Positions 1 to 9,479 of a DNA stretch of 64,000 nucleotides are shown piece by piece. The translations under genes and the position numbers were made by a program. The notes beneath the pieces were generated by a model, which was given only the letters and a program-made list of their open reading frames with translations, ran no database searches and was not told the origin of the DNA. This stretch comes from a virus: positions 1 to 64,000 of IMG/VR virus record IMGVR_UViG_3300028800_000012; one strand, 5' to 3'. Every line of letters begins with the position of its first letter. The first letter of the stretch is position 1.

Positions 1-987
1 ACTGGTATCGAGGACTTCCACCATCGCGGCGGCCTTGGTGATCTTCTTCTCTGTAGCGCGGGTTTCGGCGAGCTTTTCAATCTGCGCCTGCGCCGAACCT
101 TCCGTCGAACCGTCCTTGCCGATCGGCGCGTAGTTGATCGACATGGCCTTATCGCCGGCCTTCAACATCGCTTCGATCGCCTCGCGGTCCTCCTTGCCGA
201 GCTTGGACACGGCGCGGATGGCCTTCGCCTTGGCGACGGTCTCGCCGGGAAGGTGCTTGAACTCGCCTTCGGCGCGCTTGCTGAATTCGGCGATTTCGAG
301 CTTGTCGGCCTGCGACTTCAACAGCTTGAAGGTCGGCTCGCCGACTTCCGACTTGCGAATCACGACGCCTTCGGACTCGAAGGTCTCGTCCGACTTGGCG
401 ATCTCCGCCTGCGCCGCGAGACGCTTTTCGACTTCCGCCTTAACGCGGTCTTCGAACCGCTTCTTGGCCTTCTCGCTGGCCTCGTCGTCGCCGCCATCGG
501 CCGCGTCTTCTGCGTCGGATGCCTGCGGCTTCTTCTTGTTGCCGGCGCCCATCTTGGCGATCTTATCGTTCGCCTCGTCGAGTTTCTTCTGCAGGTCGGC
601 CGTCGCGGCCTTGACCGCCTCGTCGATCTGCTTTTTCAGTTCGGCTTCGGTCATGTCGTTTTCTCCTTCATGGCCGTGGTTGCTCTTGCTAACCCAGCCA
701 TCGGGAAGCAAGTCTGTTGCGCCGAGCGAGCGCGCCCGGCTGATGATGTGAGCCTTCGCCTTGGCCGGGTCTTTTGCTCGGCCGATGGCGTGGATGGCAT
801 TCTTCAAATCGCTGGTGTTCTGGATCGGGAATGATCCGTCTTCCATGGCGGCACCAGTGCCCGCCAAACGGTCGCGCTCGTCTTGCGAAAAATCGCGCTT
901 GAACAGCGTGACGCGCGCGGACTTGTTCGCCGGGCGGTCGACCAGACTTAATTCAGCCAGACGCAGGTTCTTTAGAGCGTGCGCCAT
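1..987 (-). CDS. Putative capsid scaffold/assembly protein, 3' end outside window
   Basis: Open frame from ATG at 987 to window edge (MAHALKNLRLAELSLVDRPANKSARVTLFKRDF...HAIGRAKDPAKAKAHIISRARSLGATDLLPDGW...), then Lys/Glu-rich helix; missing from ORF track because it runs off the edge. Confidence 0.65.
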   Translation of the reverse strand, partial: MAHALKNLRLAELSLVDRPANKSARVTLFKRDFSQDERDRLAGTGAAMEDGSFPIQNTSDLKNAIHAIGRAKDPAKAKAHIISRARSLGATDLLPDGWVSKSNHGHEGENDMTEAELKKQIDEAVKAATADLQKKLDEANDKIAKMGAGNKKKPQASDAEDAADGGDDEASEKAKKRFEDRVKAEVEKRLAAQAEIAKSDETFESEGVVIRKSEVGEPTFKLLKSQADKLEIAEFSKRAEGEFKHLPGETVAKAKAIRAVSKLGKEDREAIEAMLKAGDKAMSINYAPIGKDGSTEGSAQAQIEKLAETRATEKKITKAAAMVEVLDTS

Positions 988-992
988 TTCGT

Positions 993-1685
993 TTAAGCCT
1001 CGATTGGTTCGCGGACGGCTTGCCCGCCGATGGAGAACGCCCCGTAGGTGCCGTCCTTCACCTTTTTCCAAATATCGTCGTCATGCACCTTGACGCCAAC
1101 GATCCATCCCTCGCGATCGGCTTTGATGCCGAGCGACTTAGAGAGTTCGGATGTAAGCGGGAATGAATGCAGCACTTCGCCGATTCCGCTGCCATCATGC
1201 ATGGCCTTGGCGACTCTCGCATCGGCCATGAAATCTGTCGTGGCTTTTTCGAGTTCGGCAGGCGAAATCACATCGTCCTGCGTATCGACGACTGGCACGC
1301 CTTTTTCCGAAATCACGCTGGCCCAGCCATAGGCCATGCGGGACTCATCGTCGCCGACCTTGACGATCTGCGCCGATGCTTCCGCCTTGCTGGTATCGCA
1401 CGGCGCGTTATACGGCTTGTCTTTCGGCTTCTTCTTGCCTGAACCCATCATGCCGTCGACATGCACATCGCCGCCGGTCGGGTTGTCTTTCAAAATCCAT
1501 TTCTTGCCGGTCGGCGGCCGTTGCCAGGTCTTGCCGACTTCATCCCAAGCCTGCCGCACGCAATCGTTATGCTCGTAACCCATTTCGGCGGCTTGGTTGG
1601 CCGTATCGCACCAGACCTGCATCGCATCTGCCGGCAGCATCTTGGTCAGATGCGCCAGATTCCGATCATCGGCGGAATAGGTCAT
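993..1685 (-). CDS. XkdF-like phage prohead protease
   Basis: YGWASVISEKGVPVVDTQDDVISPAELEKA...VKVHDDDIWKKVKDGTYGAFSIGG typical of XkdF-type putative serine protease. Confidence 0.75.
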   Translation of the reverse strand: MTYSADDRNLAHLTKMLPADAMQVWCDTANQAAEMGYEHNDCVRQAWDEVGKTWQRPPTGKKWILKDNPTGGDVHVDGMMGSGKKKPKDKPYNAPCDTSKAEASAQIVKVGDDESRMAYGWASVISEKGVPVVDTQDDVISPAELEKATTDFMADARVAKAMHDGSGIGEVLHSFPLTSELSKSLGIKADREGWIVGVKVHDDDIWKKVKDGTYGAFSIGGQAVREPIEA

Positions 1686-1885
1686 TCAAAAGCCTCGAAT
1701 ATGGACGCCCAGAATGCGTCCCATCGTTCCAATTTGTACTGGCGAAACAAAAGCCGCGTGTAGAGGCGCATGCGGCGATACTCGGCGCAGTAGCCGTTCG
1801 GATCGCACCACCACAGCGCGCCCATGCAATACCCGCCGCCTTTATTGCATTGCCTGCGGCATCGGTGCCGCCCTAGCCTCGCCGC

Positions 1886-1978
1886 ATGTTCCGCGAAGCC
1901 GCCGCAATCTGTGCCCTGACCGCCGTATTCATGGCCGGCTGGTTCGCCGTAGGCATTGCCTACCTGCTGTTCCTATGA
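1886..1978 (+). CDS. Small single-TM protein (MFREAAAICALTAVFMAGWFAVGIAYLLFL)
   Basis: Short hydrophobic ORF whose stop overlaps the next start (ATGA). Confidence 0.45.
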   Translation: MFREAAAICALTAVFMAGWFAVGIAYLLFL

Positions 1979-2199
1979 AGCGGCAAAGCAAGCCGTGGAT
2001 GCGGCCACTCAACAAGGTAGCTGCGCCGACCTATGACGATCTTGTCCGCGCGCTCGGCGATCTCATTTCAGACTGCCACCGCTGGCGCATGTACGGGCAT
2101 GCGCTCAACACCGCCGAGCACATCCACAACCGCGCCCGCGTCGCCAAGCTGCCTAGGCGAGCTACGCTCCCATCAGGCCAGCAAGGGCGGCTGATTTGA
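1975..2199 (+). CDS. Hypothetical small protein
   Basis: ATGA overlap with upstream small ORF; MKRQSKPWMRPLNKVAAPTYDDLVRALGDLISDCHRWRM... Confidence 0.5.
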   Translation: MKRQSKPWMRPLNKVAAPTYDDLVRALGDLISDCHRWRMYGHALNTAEHIHNRARVAKLPRRATLPSGQQGRLI

Positions 2200-2390
2200 A
2201 AGGACCGCTTAACGATGATCTGCCGCTATTGGAGCCGTTTGATACGGTTTTTGCTTTTCTCGCCGACATGCATGAACAGGTATCGGCACAGATCGCCGTC
2301 ACAAAGAACCAGTCGGCCCTGGTTGTCCTAGAGCACGTCAAGCGGTCGCTAGAGGCGGCCGGCGTCGTGGTCCGGGAGATGGGCGGTTAG
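2196..2390 (+). CDS. Hypothetical small protein
   Basis: ATGA overlap with upstream ORF; 64 aa, acidic/helical. Confidence 0.5.
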   Translation: MKGPLNDDLPLLEPFDTVFAFLADMHEQVSAQIAVTKNQSALVVLEHVKRSLEAAGVVVREMGG

Positions 2391-3505
2391 GCATCCTGCC
2401 TCTGTGCCGGTGCCCTGTAGCGGATCATCATGGCGCATCTGCAGCGGATCGTGTTCGCGGCGGTGCCGTTGGGGTCTCCGGGGAACATCAGCGGCCCTAA
2501 TTCAGTCTTGAACGGTTCATTCAGACCAACTCCGCCTTCATTCAGCGACGGAATTGTCATGTGGGCGTGACGGACCCGGCTGTCGTGCGTGTAAATCCAC
2601 TTCTTCCTCACGCCATCTGCGTCGACCTTGCCATCGGCGACGGCCTGCCGCCACAGTTGCACATTGCCCGCATTGACGGCGCGAATGGCTTCGGTTCTGG
2701 CGATCGTCTCCGAGCGGAATTTCAAGGTCCGCTGCCGATACCGTTCAACCAGCTTATCGATGTAGTCCGGCGACAGTCGCTCGCCGCTGTCCACGGCATC
2801 GCTGATCGTGCCGTCAAAGCGCCGGTCGCGTAGCTGCCGCTGCAATGCGCCGGCATCGAGGCTTTCCAATGCACGGCGATAGTTCAGGACCGCTTTCGTC
2901 TGCGACGGCGTAAGCCCGATGAATTGCCGCACGTCTCGCGCCACATCCAACGGATTACGGCCAGCAGCAACGCCATCCGCAATAGCCAGACGAACAGAGG
3001 CCAGCGCACCCGCAGTAAGGCCGCGAATAAGCGCCATCTCATAGTTTTGCAGGTATCGGACTGTCTCGGGATTGGTTATCCCGAAGTGGAATTGAACCTC
3101 GCCCGGCGCAAACGATGCCGATAGCGCCAGTGCCGCTTGCTGACCGGCCCAGACCGTCGCCGCTGTAGATGCGGCGCCGATCGGCTGCATGCCAGACGAT
3201 ACGAGCTGAGCATCCACAACGCCGATGGCTTCGGATACCCTACCCTGTTCAAGGAGGGTACGGATGCGCTCGATATCAACCTTGTCGGCCAGCCTATCCA
3301 CGGCCTCGGTAAACGCGCGGCGGATACGGCTGGAAACCGTCGTCTGGTTGCTTAGGAGCCGTTCGATTTCCGCCTTGTCGGCAGAAGACGCCTTCGAAAT
3401 GTCGGCGTTCGCATACGTCGCGGAATGTCTTCGAACGTTTACCCAACTTTGGTTTCTATGTACCCATCTTGGGTCGCGTTCAGACTTGGCGACGACGATC
3501 TGCAT
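2387..3505 (-). CDS. Mu gpF-like minor head/morphogenesis protein
   Basis: C-terminal IARTEAIRAVNAGNVQLWRQA...KKWIYTHDSRVRHAHM...FPGDPNGTAANTIRCRC signature. Confidence 0.9.
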   Translation of the reverse strand: MQIVVAKSERDPRWVHRNQSWVNVRRHSATYANADISKASSADKAEIERLLSNQTTVSSRIRRAFTEAVDRLADKVDIERIRTLLEQGRVSEAIGVVDAQLVSSGMQPIGAASTAATVWAGQQAALALSASFAPGEVQFHFGITNPETVRYLQNYEMALIRGLTAGALASVRLAIADGVAAGRNPLDVARDVRQFIGLTPSQTKAVLNYRRALESLDAGALQRQLRDRRFDGTISDAVDSGERLSPDYIDKLVERYRQRTLKFRSETIARTEAIRAVNAGNVQLWRQAVADGKVDADGVRKKWIYTHDSRVRHAHMTIPSLNEGGVGLNEPFKTELGPLMFPGDPNGTAANTIRCRCAMMIRYRAPAQRQDA

Positions 3506-3594
3506 TTACGCAGTACTGCGCCACTATAACGATGATGCACGTTGCGCCGACCAGAGCGGCGATAAATTGAATCACTTCGGCCACGGCGATTGAC

Positions 3595-3798
3595 CTATTT
3601 CGTCCCGCTACTATTCGTTCCGCTCATGAAGTCGGCAGAGGCATCGCTACCGGCGTCTTCGCCTGACACGGGCCTGCTGCCAGAACGCGGCGGCGTATTC
3701 GCGTCGTCATCGCCGCCAACGCTCACGAACGTTAGGTTGCCACGCTGCCAAGTGAACTTGTTTTCCGGCGAATAGCCGCCGACAGTGCCGGTCGTCAA
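3595..3798 (-). CDS. Hypothetical small protein
   Basis: 67 aa ORF overlapping the portal stop (ATGA type). Confidence 0.5.
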   Translation of the reverse strand: MTTGTVGGYSPENKFTWQRGNLTFVSVGGDDDANTPPRSGSRPVSGEDAGSDASADFMSGTNSSGTK

Positions 3799-5924
3799 TG
3801 GATAACCTCCATAACGATCTTCCTCGGTGTCTTGCTGACGACACGGTATTTAGTTCCGCGGTTCAATAGTAGCTCCTTTTCCTCTGGGTGCTCAGACAGG
3901 CTAGGCATGTAGATAGCGCGGGTGCCCTTCGGCACGCGGATTTCAAGGGCCATCGCGCCGCCGCTGCGATGCATGGTCGAGGAAAAAGACTCCATCGCCT
4001 TCCGCGACAGAGACGTTGAGGTATAAGATTTGTCCATAAGAACGCCACCCGCGCCGATTGATCTCTGCATCGCCGCCCAACCCTCGGCGTCGATAGCGCG
4101 GTACACAACGATATCAGACGGCAACGCCGATCCCTTGAACGCTGAATCGATCTTGGAAATGATGCCAGACAGGCGCGGCCCTACCGCGTCGCCCTCACGA
4201 AAGTGAGCGTTGATATCCTCGAACTCTCCGCCAGAATATACCTGCAAGGCATCCTTTTCTGCGGCCCCAAGCTTGGACGTGAGAGCGGTTAGGACCGTAT
4301 CCTGACCAATGAACTGGCCGCCCTGCTCTGTACCCTTCGGGCCGTGGAGTTGATTCGCCTTTGTCGTCGCCTCTGATTGTCCGCTGCCATCCTGCTGGAA
4401 GTAGGGGCCGGCATTCTGCGTCGCCTGTTGCGGATTGATCTCGGCAGGATTTTGGCTGACTCCCATGCCGTCGTCGTTGCCGGTTTGTTCAGCCACACCA
4501 TTCGGCCCTAGCTGCGGCTGGAGTCCGGCATCTTCCGGGGGCGCCGGCATATCCGCGATCTCCGCCACGTATTCCGACAATTCCTGGTTCGGGAATAGCG
4601 GCGCACCAGCCGTAGCAAGCGCCTGCAGATACGCGCCGAACTCAGCCAGATCGACCGGCGCGACACGGCCCGGCTTTAGTTCCGGCATCAGAGCGCGATC
4701 GATATTGTTGTACGACCAGATGCGCGGCAGCAGGAAGCGGTTGAGGACTTCCGCGATCTGGTTGAGATAGGCTTCGCAGGCCCGCAGGAACAACTCGGAC
4801 TTGTTCTTGGAGAGCGCGTAGCTGCCCTTCTGATCGCCGAGCATCATGAAATCTGCGAGTGCGCTACGGGCGATGTTTTTTTCGTGCCGCTCGACAACGG
4901 GGCCGGTATCAATGGCCCGTCGTCCGCCAGTCGAGAGCAATTTCACGTCGACAATGCGCTGTGCCGACGGCGCTCCTGTTTGCGGATCGGGCCAGCAATC
5001 GGACGGAATGACAATGCCGCCCTGCTGGTTGAATTTTACGTCGCGGGCGACCTTCTTGTATTGCTCAAGAACGGCTTTATCGGTAGCCGATGCGTCCGAC
5101 AGAAGATACTTGGCCGGGATTGAAACAACCGGCAACCCCGCCAGTTCGCGCTCGATGCCGATCGCCTCGATTTCCTCGATCGTCTTGCGCAGATACCACG
5201 ACTTATAGGCCGAGCGGAGAATTGACACGCCTTCCGGCGAGTTCTTCCGGCTTGTCGTGCGGAACAACAGAAGCCGCTCGATCGGGATGAATAGCAACTG
5301 CCCGCCAATCGGCGGTAATTGCCACATACCGGCGATGCCGCCGTCTTGCTGCATCTCCCATCGCAAGAGCGAGTCCTGCGATCGGATCGGCAGCTTGCGC
5401 ACGCCAATGCGGCCGTCGTCGAACTTCGAGCGCAGCGCCGGGTCTTTCTGATCCGGACCCATGCGGCGCTTCAAGACGATTTCCAACACCGACCAGCCGA
5501 AGGTCAGCATGGACATGACTTCGCCAATCACATCCGGGAACGGATGCGACATATCGTCTAACAACGATTCGACGAACTCGGCTTCTTTTTCGGCTTCGCC
5601 GCTATCGTCCGCCGGCTCAACCCGCCAATCCACAGCCCGCAGAATGAGCGTGATTGCCGTGAGCGTGGCGCAGACAGTGGCGTCGCCTTCCGCCATCTGG
5701 CGATAAACGCGCCAGGCGTTCGGGCCGCGCAACTCCGGCAAGTATTCTTCCGACAGATAGCCGGAGAATACCTTGAGACCGGAAACGCCGATCTCGCCGA
5801 ATGCCTTGGCGTTCGGGTCGCCGGTTAAACCGGCCATATTGCCGAATGCGCCTGTCGGCGGCTGCGGCGGTCCCGGAGGTGCCACTTTGGCCACGTCGCC
5901 GCTCTCAGTGGTCGACGCTGCCAA
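3795..5924 (-). CDS. DUF935-like portal protein with C-terminal ADP-ribosyltransferase-like domain
   Basis: Single 709-aa ORF; portal N-term (WRVYRQMAEGDATVCATLTAI...VDWRVEPA); C-term YRAI...TSTSL...VPKGTRAIYMPSLSEHPEEKELLLNRGTKYRVV matches R/STS/ExE mono-ADP-ribosyltransferase pattern. Confidence 0.85.
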   Translation of the reverse strand: MAASTTESGDVAKVAPPGPPQPPTGAFGNMAGLTGDPNAKAFGEIGVSGLKVFSGYLSEEYLPELRGPNAWRVYRQMAEGDATVCATLTAITLILRAVDWRVEPADDSGEAEKEAEFVESLLDDMSHPFPDVIGEVMSMLTFGWSVLEIVLKRRMGPDQKDPALRSKFDDGRIGVRKLPIRSQDSLLRWEMQQDGGIAGMWQLPPIGGQLLFIPIERLLLFRTTSRKNSPEGVSILRSAYKSWYLRKTIEEIEAIGIERELAGLPVVSIPAKYLLSDASATDKAVLEQYKKVARDVKFNQQGGIVIPSDCWPDPQTGAPSAQRIVDVKLLSTGGRRAIDTGPVVERHEKNIARSALADFMMLGDQKGSYALSKNKSELFLRACEAYLNQIAEVLNRFLLPRIWSYNNIDRALMPELKPGRVAPVDLAEFGAYLQALATAGAPLFPNQELSEYVAEIADMPAPPEDAGLQPQLGPNGVAEQTGNDDGMGVSQNPAEINPQQATQNAGPYFQQDGSGQSEATTKANQLHGPKGTEQGGQFIGQDTVLTALTSKLGAAEKDALQVYSGGEFEDINAHFREGDAVGPRLSGIISKIDSAFKGSALPSDIVVYRAIDAEGWAAMQRSIGAGGVLMDKSYTSTSLSRKAMESFSSTMHRSGGAMALEIRVPKGTRAIYMPSLSEHPEEKELLLNRGTKYRVVSKTPRKIVMEVIH

Positions 5925-5933
5925 TCTTGTCTC

Positions 5934-7301
5934 CTACCAAATCCTCGGGGCGGCGCCGCCGACTTGCACGGGACCGCCGATATTCACTTCGGCAACAGCG
6001 CCGACCATCAATTCCGTCAGCGCCCACACCATCGCGTCCAATCGGTCGGGCGATGCCTTGCCAGTCAGCGGCTCCCACGTGCAAAGCTGGTCCTCCAGCT
6101 CCGGGAATGCGCCGGCATGACTGACTCGGCCCTGCTCATAGAGCGCCGATACCGGCTCCGCTCTGGCCTGCTTGCCTTTACTGGCATGGACGATGCGGAC
6201 GGGAATGTTGGGCCGCACCGTTTCCAAGGTGTGCCGCACCATTTCGCCGCCTTGGTTGCCTTCGGCGACGATGCGGTCGGCCTTTAATTCGTCATAGAGG
6301 GCAATAGCGCGGCGAGCCCATGCGTCGGGGGTGTACCGGCCGGACACGTCTCGTAAAACGTATCCATGACCATTAGAATCGACTCCAGCGGCAACGATGC
6401 CGGTGAGTGCCGATGTATCCCCTGATGTAGCGGCCGGGTCGATTGCCACCACGATCCGAACCAGATCGGGTGCTTTCGCCACCCTCGCCCGTTCGATCAT
6501 GGCGCGTGTCCACAGCGCGCCTTCGACTTCCTCGATTAGCTCGCCGTCCAGCTCCTGCCGGCCAAGCCGCGTCCCTTCGTATTTGGACACGATCTGGGAC
6601 AGGAAGGTCGGCGCAAGATTCGCCTTGTTGGCGTCGGTCTTGGCCCGTGTGACGACGCAACGCGGCGAGCGCAGCAATTCCCGCAAGAGCGGGATCGGGC
6701 GCGGCGTTGTCGTTATGACGGCCTGCGGAGCGGCGCCGAGGCGAAGCCCAAACATCGCCATGTCCCAGGCGTCGTTCGGGTCGCCATCGTTCCACGCGGC
6801 GACTTCATCGGCCCATATGCGGTCATGCTGCGGACCGCGAAGGCGGTTCGGCTCCTCTGCCGAGTAGCCGTGCGCTACAGCACCGTTTGCCCATGTCAGG
6901 CGATGGCGCTTTGACGGCTCGTAGATCGGCAGGCCGAGCGGCCGTCCGTAAATATCCTTGTCGTTACGCCAACAGACCGAAAGGATGCCGGAAGGCCCCT
7001 CGATCATAACGTCTCGAATATCGCCCGCCGTGGGCGCTATAAGACCAATGTGCCGCGCGCCGCTTTTTACTTGGTCGCGGACCCATTCGGCCCCGGAGCG
7101 TGTCTTGCCGGCACCGCGCCCAGCCAGAAGAAGCCAGTAGTCCCAGCCCGTCTCCCCATCGTTTGGGGGCGGCGGTAACTGGTCTGTTCTGGCGAAGAAT
7201 TCCCAATCGTATAGAAGCGCATCGGCTTCAGCGTCAGTCAGTTCCGCTAGAGCCGCCGACCTTTGATCCTGGCTCAGTCTGGCGAGAGATGAAATGTGCA
7301 A
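5934..7301 (-). CDS. Terminase large subunit
   Basis: DYWLLLAGRGAGKTRSGAEWV Walker A, nuclease-type VVAIDPAATSGDTSAL, DAMVWALTEL. Confidence 0.93.
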   Translation of the reverse strand: MHISSLARLSQDQRSAALAELTDAEADALLYDWEFFARTDQLPPPPNDGETGWDYWLLLAGRGAGKTRSGAEWVRDQVKSGARHIGLIAPTAGDIRDVMIEGPSGILSVCWRNDKDIYGRPLGLPIYEPSKRHRLTWANGAVAHGYSAEEPNRLRGPQHDRIWADEVAAWNDGDPNDAWDMAMFGLRLGAAPQAVITTTPRPIPLLRELLRSPRCVVTRAKTDANKANLAPTFLSQIVSKYEGTRLGRQELDGELIEEVEGALWTRAMIERARVAKAPDLVRIVVAIDPAATSGDTSALTGIVAAGVDSNGHGYVLRDVSGRYTPDAWARRAIALYDELKADRIVAEGNQGGEMVRHTLETVRPNIPVRIVHASKGKQARAEPVSALYEQGRVSHAGAFPELEDQLCTWEPLTGKASPDRLDAMVWALTELMVGAVAEVNIGGPVQVGGAAPRIW

Positions 7302-7872
7302 GGCGGTCCTTCGCGCCCGTCACCTCAACGGGGATTGCCCCGCCGTCGGGGCCACTGTGCTCCAAGCGATCCTTAAACATGCCGAGGTGGCGGCCGAGAT
7401 CGACCAATGCTGCGCGCTTGTCGTGCATTTTGAGGCTCAGGCCCCCCGTCGGGCTCTGCCGAACCTCTGAAATCGCCGCGGCAGTGTCTTCGTCTATGTC
7501 TTTGGCGCTAATGAGTTGGACATGGTTGTTGTGGAGATGCTTGACGACGAGAACGTCCCCGCCGTCCGGATTATCCGTCTCCTCGACCAACGAGCCTTGC
7601 CAATCCACTGCCTTGCGGATGTCGGCGAACCCTATCTTGGCAAGTTCTGAAACAACCCGCTCGATGGTAACGCCGGCCTTAGCCGCCGATGCGGCCAAAA
7701 TCTCATCGACCCTCGCCCGGACCTTAACATTCTTTAACAGACGAGAGGCTGCGGCCTCGGCCGAGTTTCCCGCTGCCTTATAGCCGGCGAGAACGTAGGA
7801 TTCTGACGCCGGCCGACCTTTCGCCACCTCTTGAGCGAATATCTCATGCCGCGCATTGGGGAGTACGGCCAC
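7234..7872 (-). CDS. Terminase small subunit (Terminase_2-like)
   Basis: NARHEIFAQEVAKGRPASESYVLAGYKAAGNSAEAAASRLLKNVKVRARVDE; adjacent to large subunit. Confidence 0.85.
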   Translation of the reverse strand: MAVLPNARHEIFAQEVAKGRPASESYVLAGYKAAGNSAEAAASRLLKNVKVRARVDEILAASAAKAGVTIERVVSELAKIGFADIRKAVDWQGSLVEETDNPDGGDVLVVKHLHNNHVQLISAKDIDEDTAAAISEVRQSPTGGLSLKMHDKRAALVDLGRHLGMFKDRLEHSGPDGGAIPVEVTGAKDRLAHFISRQTEPGSKVGGSSGTD

Positions 7873-7878
7873 CGGCTT

Positions 7879-8013
7879 TCAGAACCCGTACAGCTCTTTG
7901 ATCGCGTCCAAATGCCCCTGCATCTTCTTTGGGTCGCCGCCTTCAAACATGGTGTTCCAGATCGAATAGCGGATGACGGCCGCTTGGCGGGCGGCAAACC
8001 ATAAAAGCATCAT
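7879..8013 (-). CDS. Hypothetical small protein
   Basis: MMLLWFAARQAAVIRYSIWNTMFEGGDPKKMQGHLDAIKELYGF, tightly upstream of terminase small. Confidence 0.4.
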   Translation of the reverse strand: MMLLWFAARQAAVIRYSIWNTMFEGGDPKKMQGHLDAIKELYGF

Positions 8014-8014
8014 C

Positions 8015-8221
8015 CTACAGTGTCTCGACTTTCCTGCCGCTCTCGATCTTGAGCGGCCTGCATTCGGCGGCGCGATGGTTCGCCTTGGCAATAAAGCCAG
8101 CTATCGCGTCGCATTGGTCATTATCGGCATAAGCGATGGCTGGGTCTGTCAAGCCGGACATCTCGATCTGCTTGCCATCAGCGGTGCCGAGCACGAGCGG
8201 CAGCACAATGACCCAGAACAA
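8015..8221 (-). CDS. Hypothetical exported/membrane small protein
   Basis: 68 aa, N-terminal hydrophobic MFWVIVLPLVLGTADG. Confidence 0.5.
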   Translation of the reverse strand: MFWVIVLPLVLGTADGKQIEMSGLTDPAIAYADNDQCDAIAGFIAKANHRAAECRPLKIESGRKVETL

Positions 8222-8223
8222 GG

Positions 8224-8715
8224 CTAGATTCCCGGCTCAGGCGGCCAGAAACACGTCACCTGTCCATTCCAGATGAACAGGACACCCTCTCTCCGCATGG
8301 CATCAAATTCAGGCAGTCCGTCGTCCTTCGGATCAAAGGCGCGGATTGTGTCTTCGTGGATGGTGTCGGACGGGATCGGCAATAGTTGGCACCCGGCAGC
8401 GGTGCAATTCGGGTCCGGATAGAACGACCATTCCCCATCTGAGCGGGGAACGAACTTGGTCCGGAGCCGGTCGGCATGCTCGCAGCACCCGGCAATGAAC
8501 AGTCTTGCCCTCGCCTGCGGCGTCAATTGCGCCGACTTGAACCACTCCTGAACTGATGGCGGGTTCTTGGCGTATTCGGGTTTGTATGTCGCGGCGGCCT
8601 TGCCGCCCCATGTCACACACACCCCGAACACGATAGCCATAAGAACGCCGAAGGCTAACGCGGCGCGGCAGGCGGCATCGCGGGTGAGGATCATGCGGCG
8701 GCTATGGCTCGACAT
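8224..8715 (-). CDS. Hypothetical membrane-anchored protein
   Basis: 163 aa, N-terminal TM. Confidence 0.55.
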   Translation of the reverse strand: MSSHSRRMILTRDAACRAALAFGVLMAIVFGVCVTWGGKAAATYKPEYAKNPPSVQEWFKSAQLTPQARARLFIAGCCEHADRLRTKFVPRSDGEWSFYPDPNCTAAGCQLLPIPSDTIHEDTIRAFDPKDDGLPEFDAMRREGVLFIWNGQVTCFWPPEPGI

Positions 8716-9044
8716 AGGCGAGGACGGTGCGGCGGGGATACACGCCTTCGCCGACGCGATGGCGGTGATTGCCTGAGATCAGGATTGGATTGCCGGCGGC
8801 GTCGAAGCCGGAAACGACGCCGACATGATGCCCCCGGCGGACAATCGCAATTGCGCCAACGTGCGGGCCTGTGCGGGGGCGGCGCAGCCATGAGGCGGCG
8901 CGATCATCCACCCCGGATTGTCCGGTCAATGCCCGCAGGAATGCCGAGCACCATAGCGAGCGGCGCAGACCTAATTGTGCGGCAGTCTTGCCGAGTTCGG
9001 CACGGGCGCGCGTCTCTAAGGGTTCGCCGGACGGCGCTGGTTTA
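8702..9044 (-). pseudogene. TIGR02594/CHAP-like cell-wall hydrolase, apparently lacking its 5' end
   Basis: Open frame LWCSAFLRALTG...GAIAIVRRGHHVGVVSGFDAAGNPILISGNHRHRVGEGVYPRRTVLAYVEP; upstream part open back to a TAG without an obvious start. Confidence 0.45.
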
Positions 9045-9463
9045 GGCCGCTACCCGACTGGCGCATTCCATTACTGGAAGCGTAGGCACCCGAACTCTTG
9101 AATAGGTGCGGCGATCCCGCCGGGAGTGAACAGGACCGCCGCAGGCAACTCCCCGGAGAACGCGAGGCACAAAGACGGGGGCCGCATTCGGACAGACGCA
9201 TCCAGCCGGTCATTGCCAACACGCAATACAGGCGTCGGCTCTCAGGAGGATTATCGCTGTCCGATTAGGGGGCGGGCCAAAGGCTTAAGGTAAGGTCTAT
9301 GCCTGATGTGGCGTGCCTTGCCCGCCGTTCGTGAAACTTGTCCTACGTGAATTGCGGCTGCGCTCATTCGCCAATTCGCAATTCATCACGTTAGGTACAG
9401 ACTAAACTTGACCCCCGAAGAAATCAAGCATTAGTACATCGTTAGCGGCACTATTATCAATTT

Positions 9464-9479
9464 ACGCTACTGGTAGCGT
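9464..9479. repeat. Near-perfect palindrome ACGCTAC-TG-GTAGCGT
   Basis: 7-bp arms, 2-bp spacer, overlapping 3' end of the leftward early operon. Confidence 0.6.

Noticed and set aside
134-834. Plus ORFs 134-751 and 253-834
   Set aside because: Antisense to the open scaffold-like minus frame (987 to window edge) that the track omitted.
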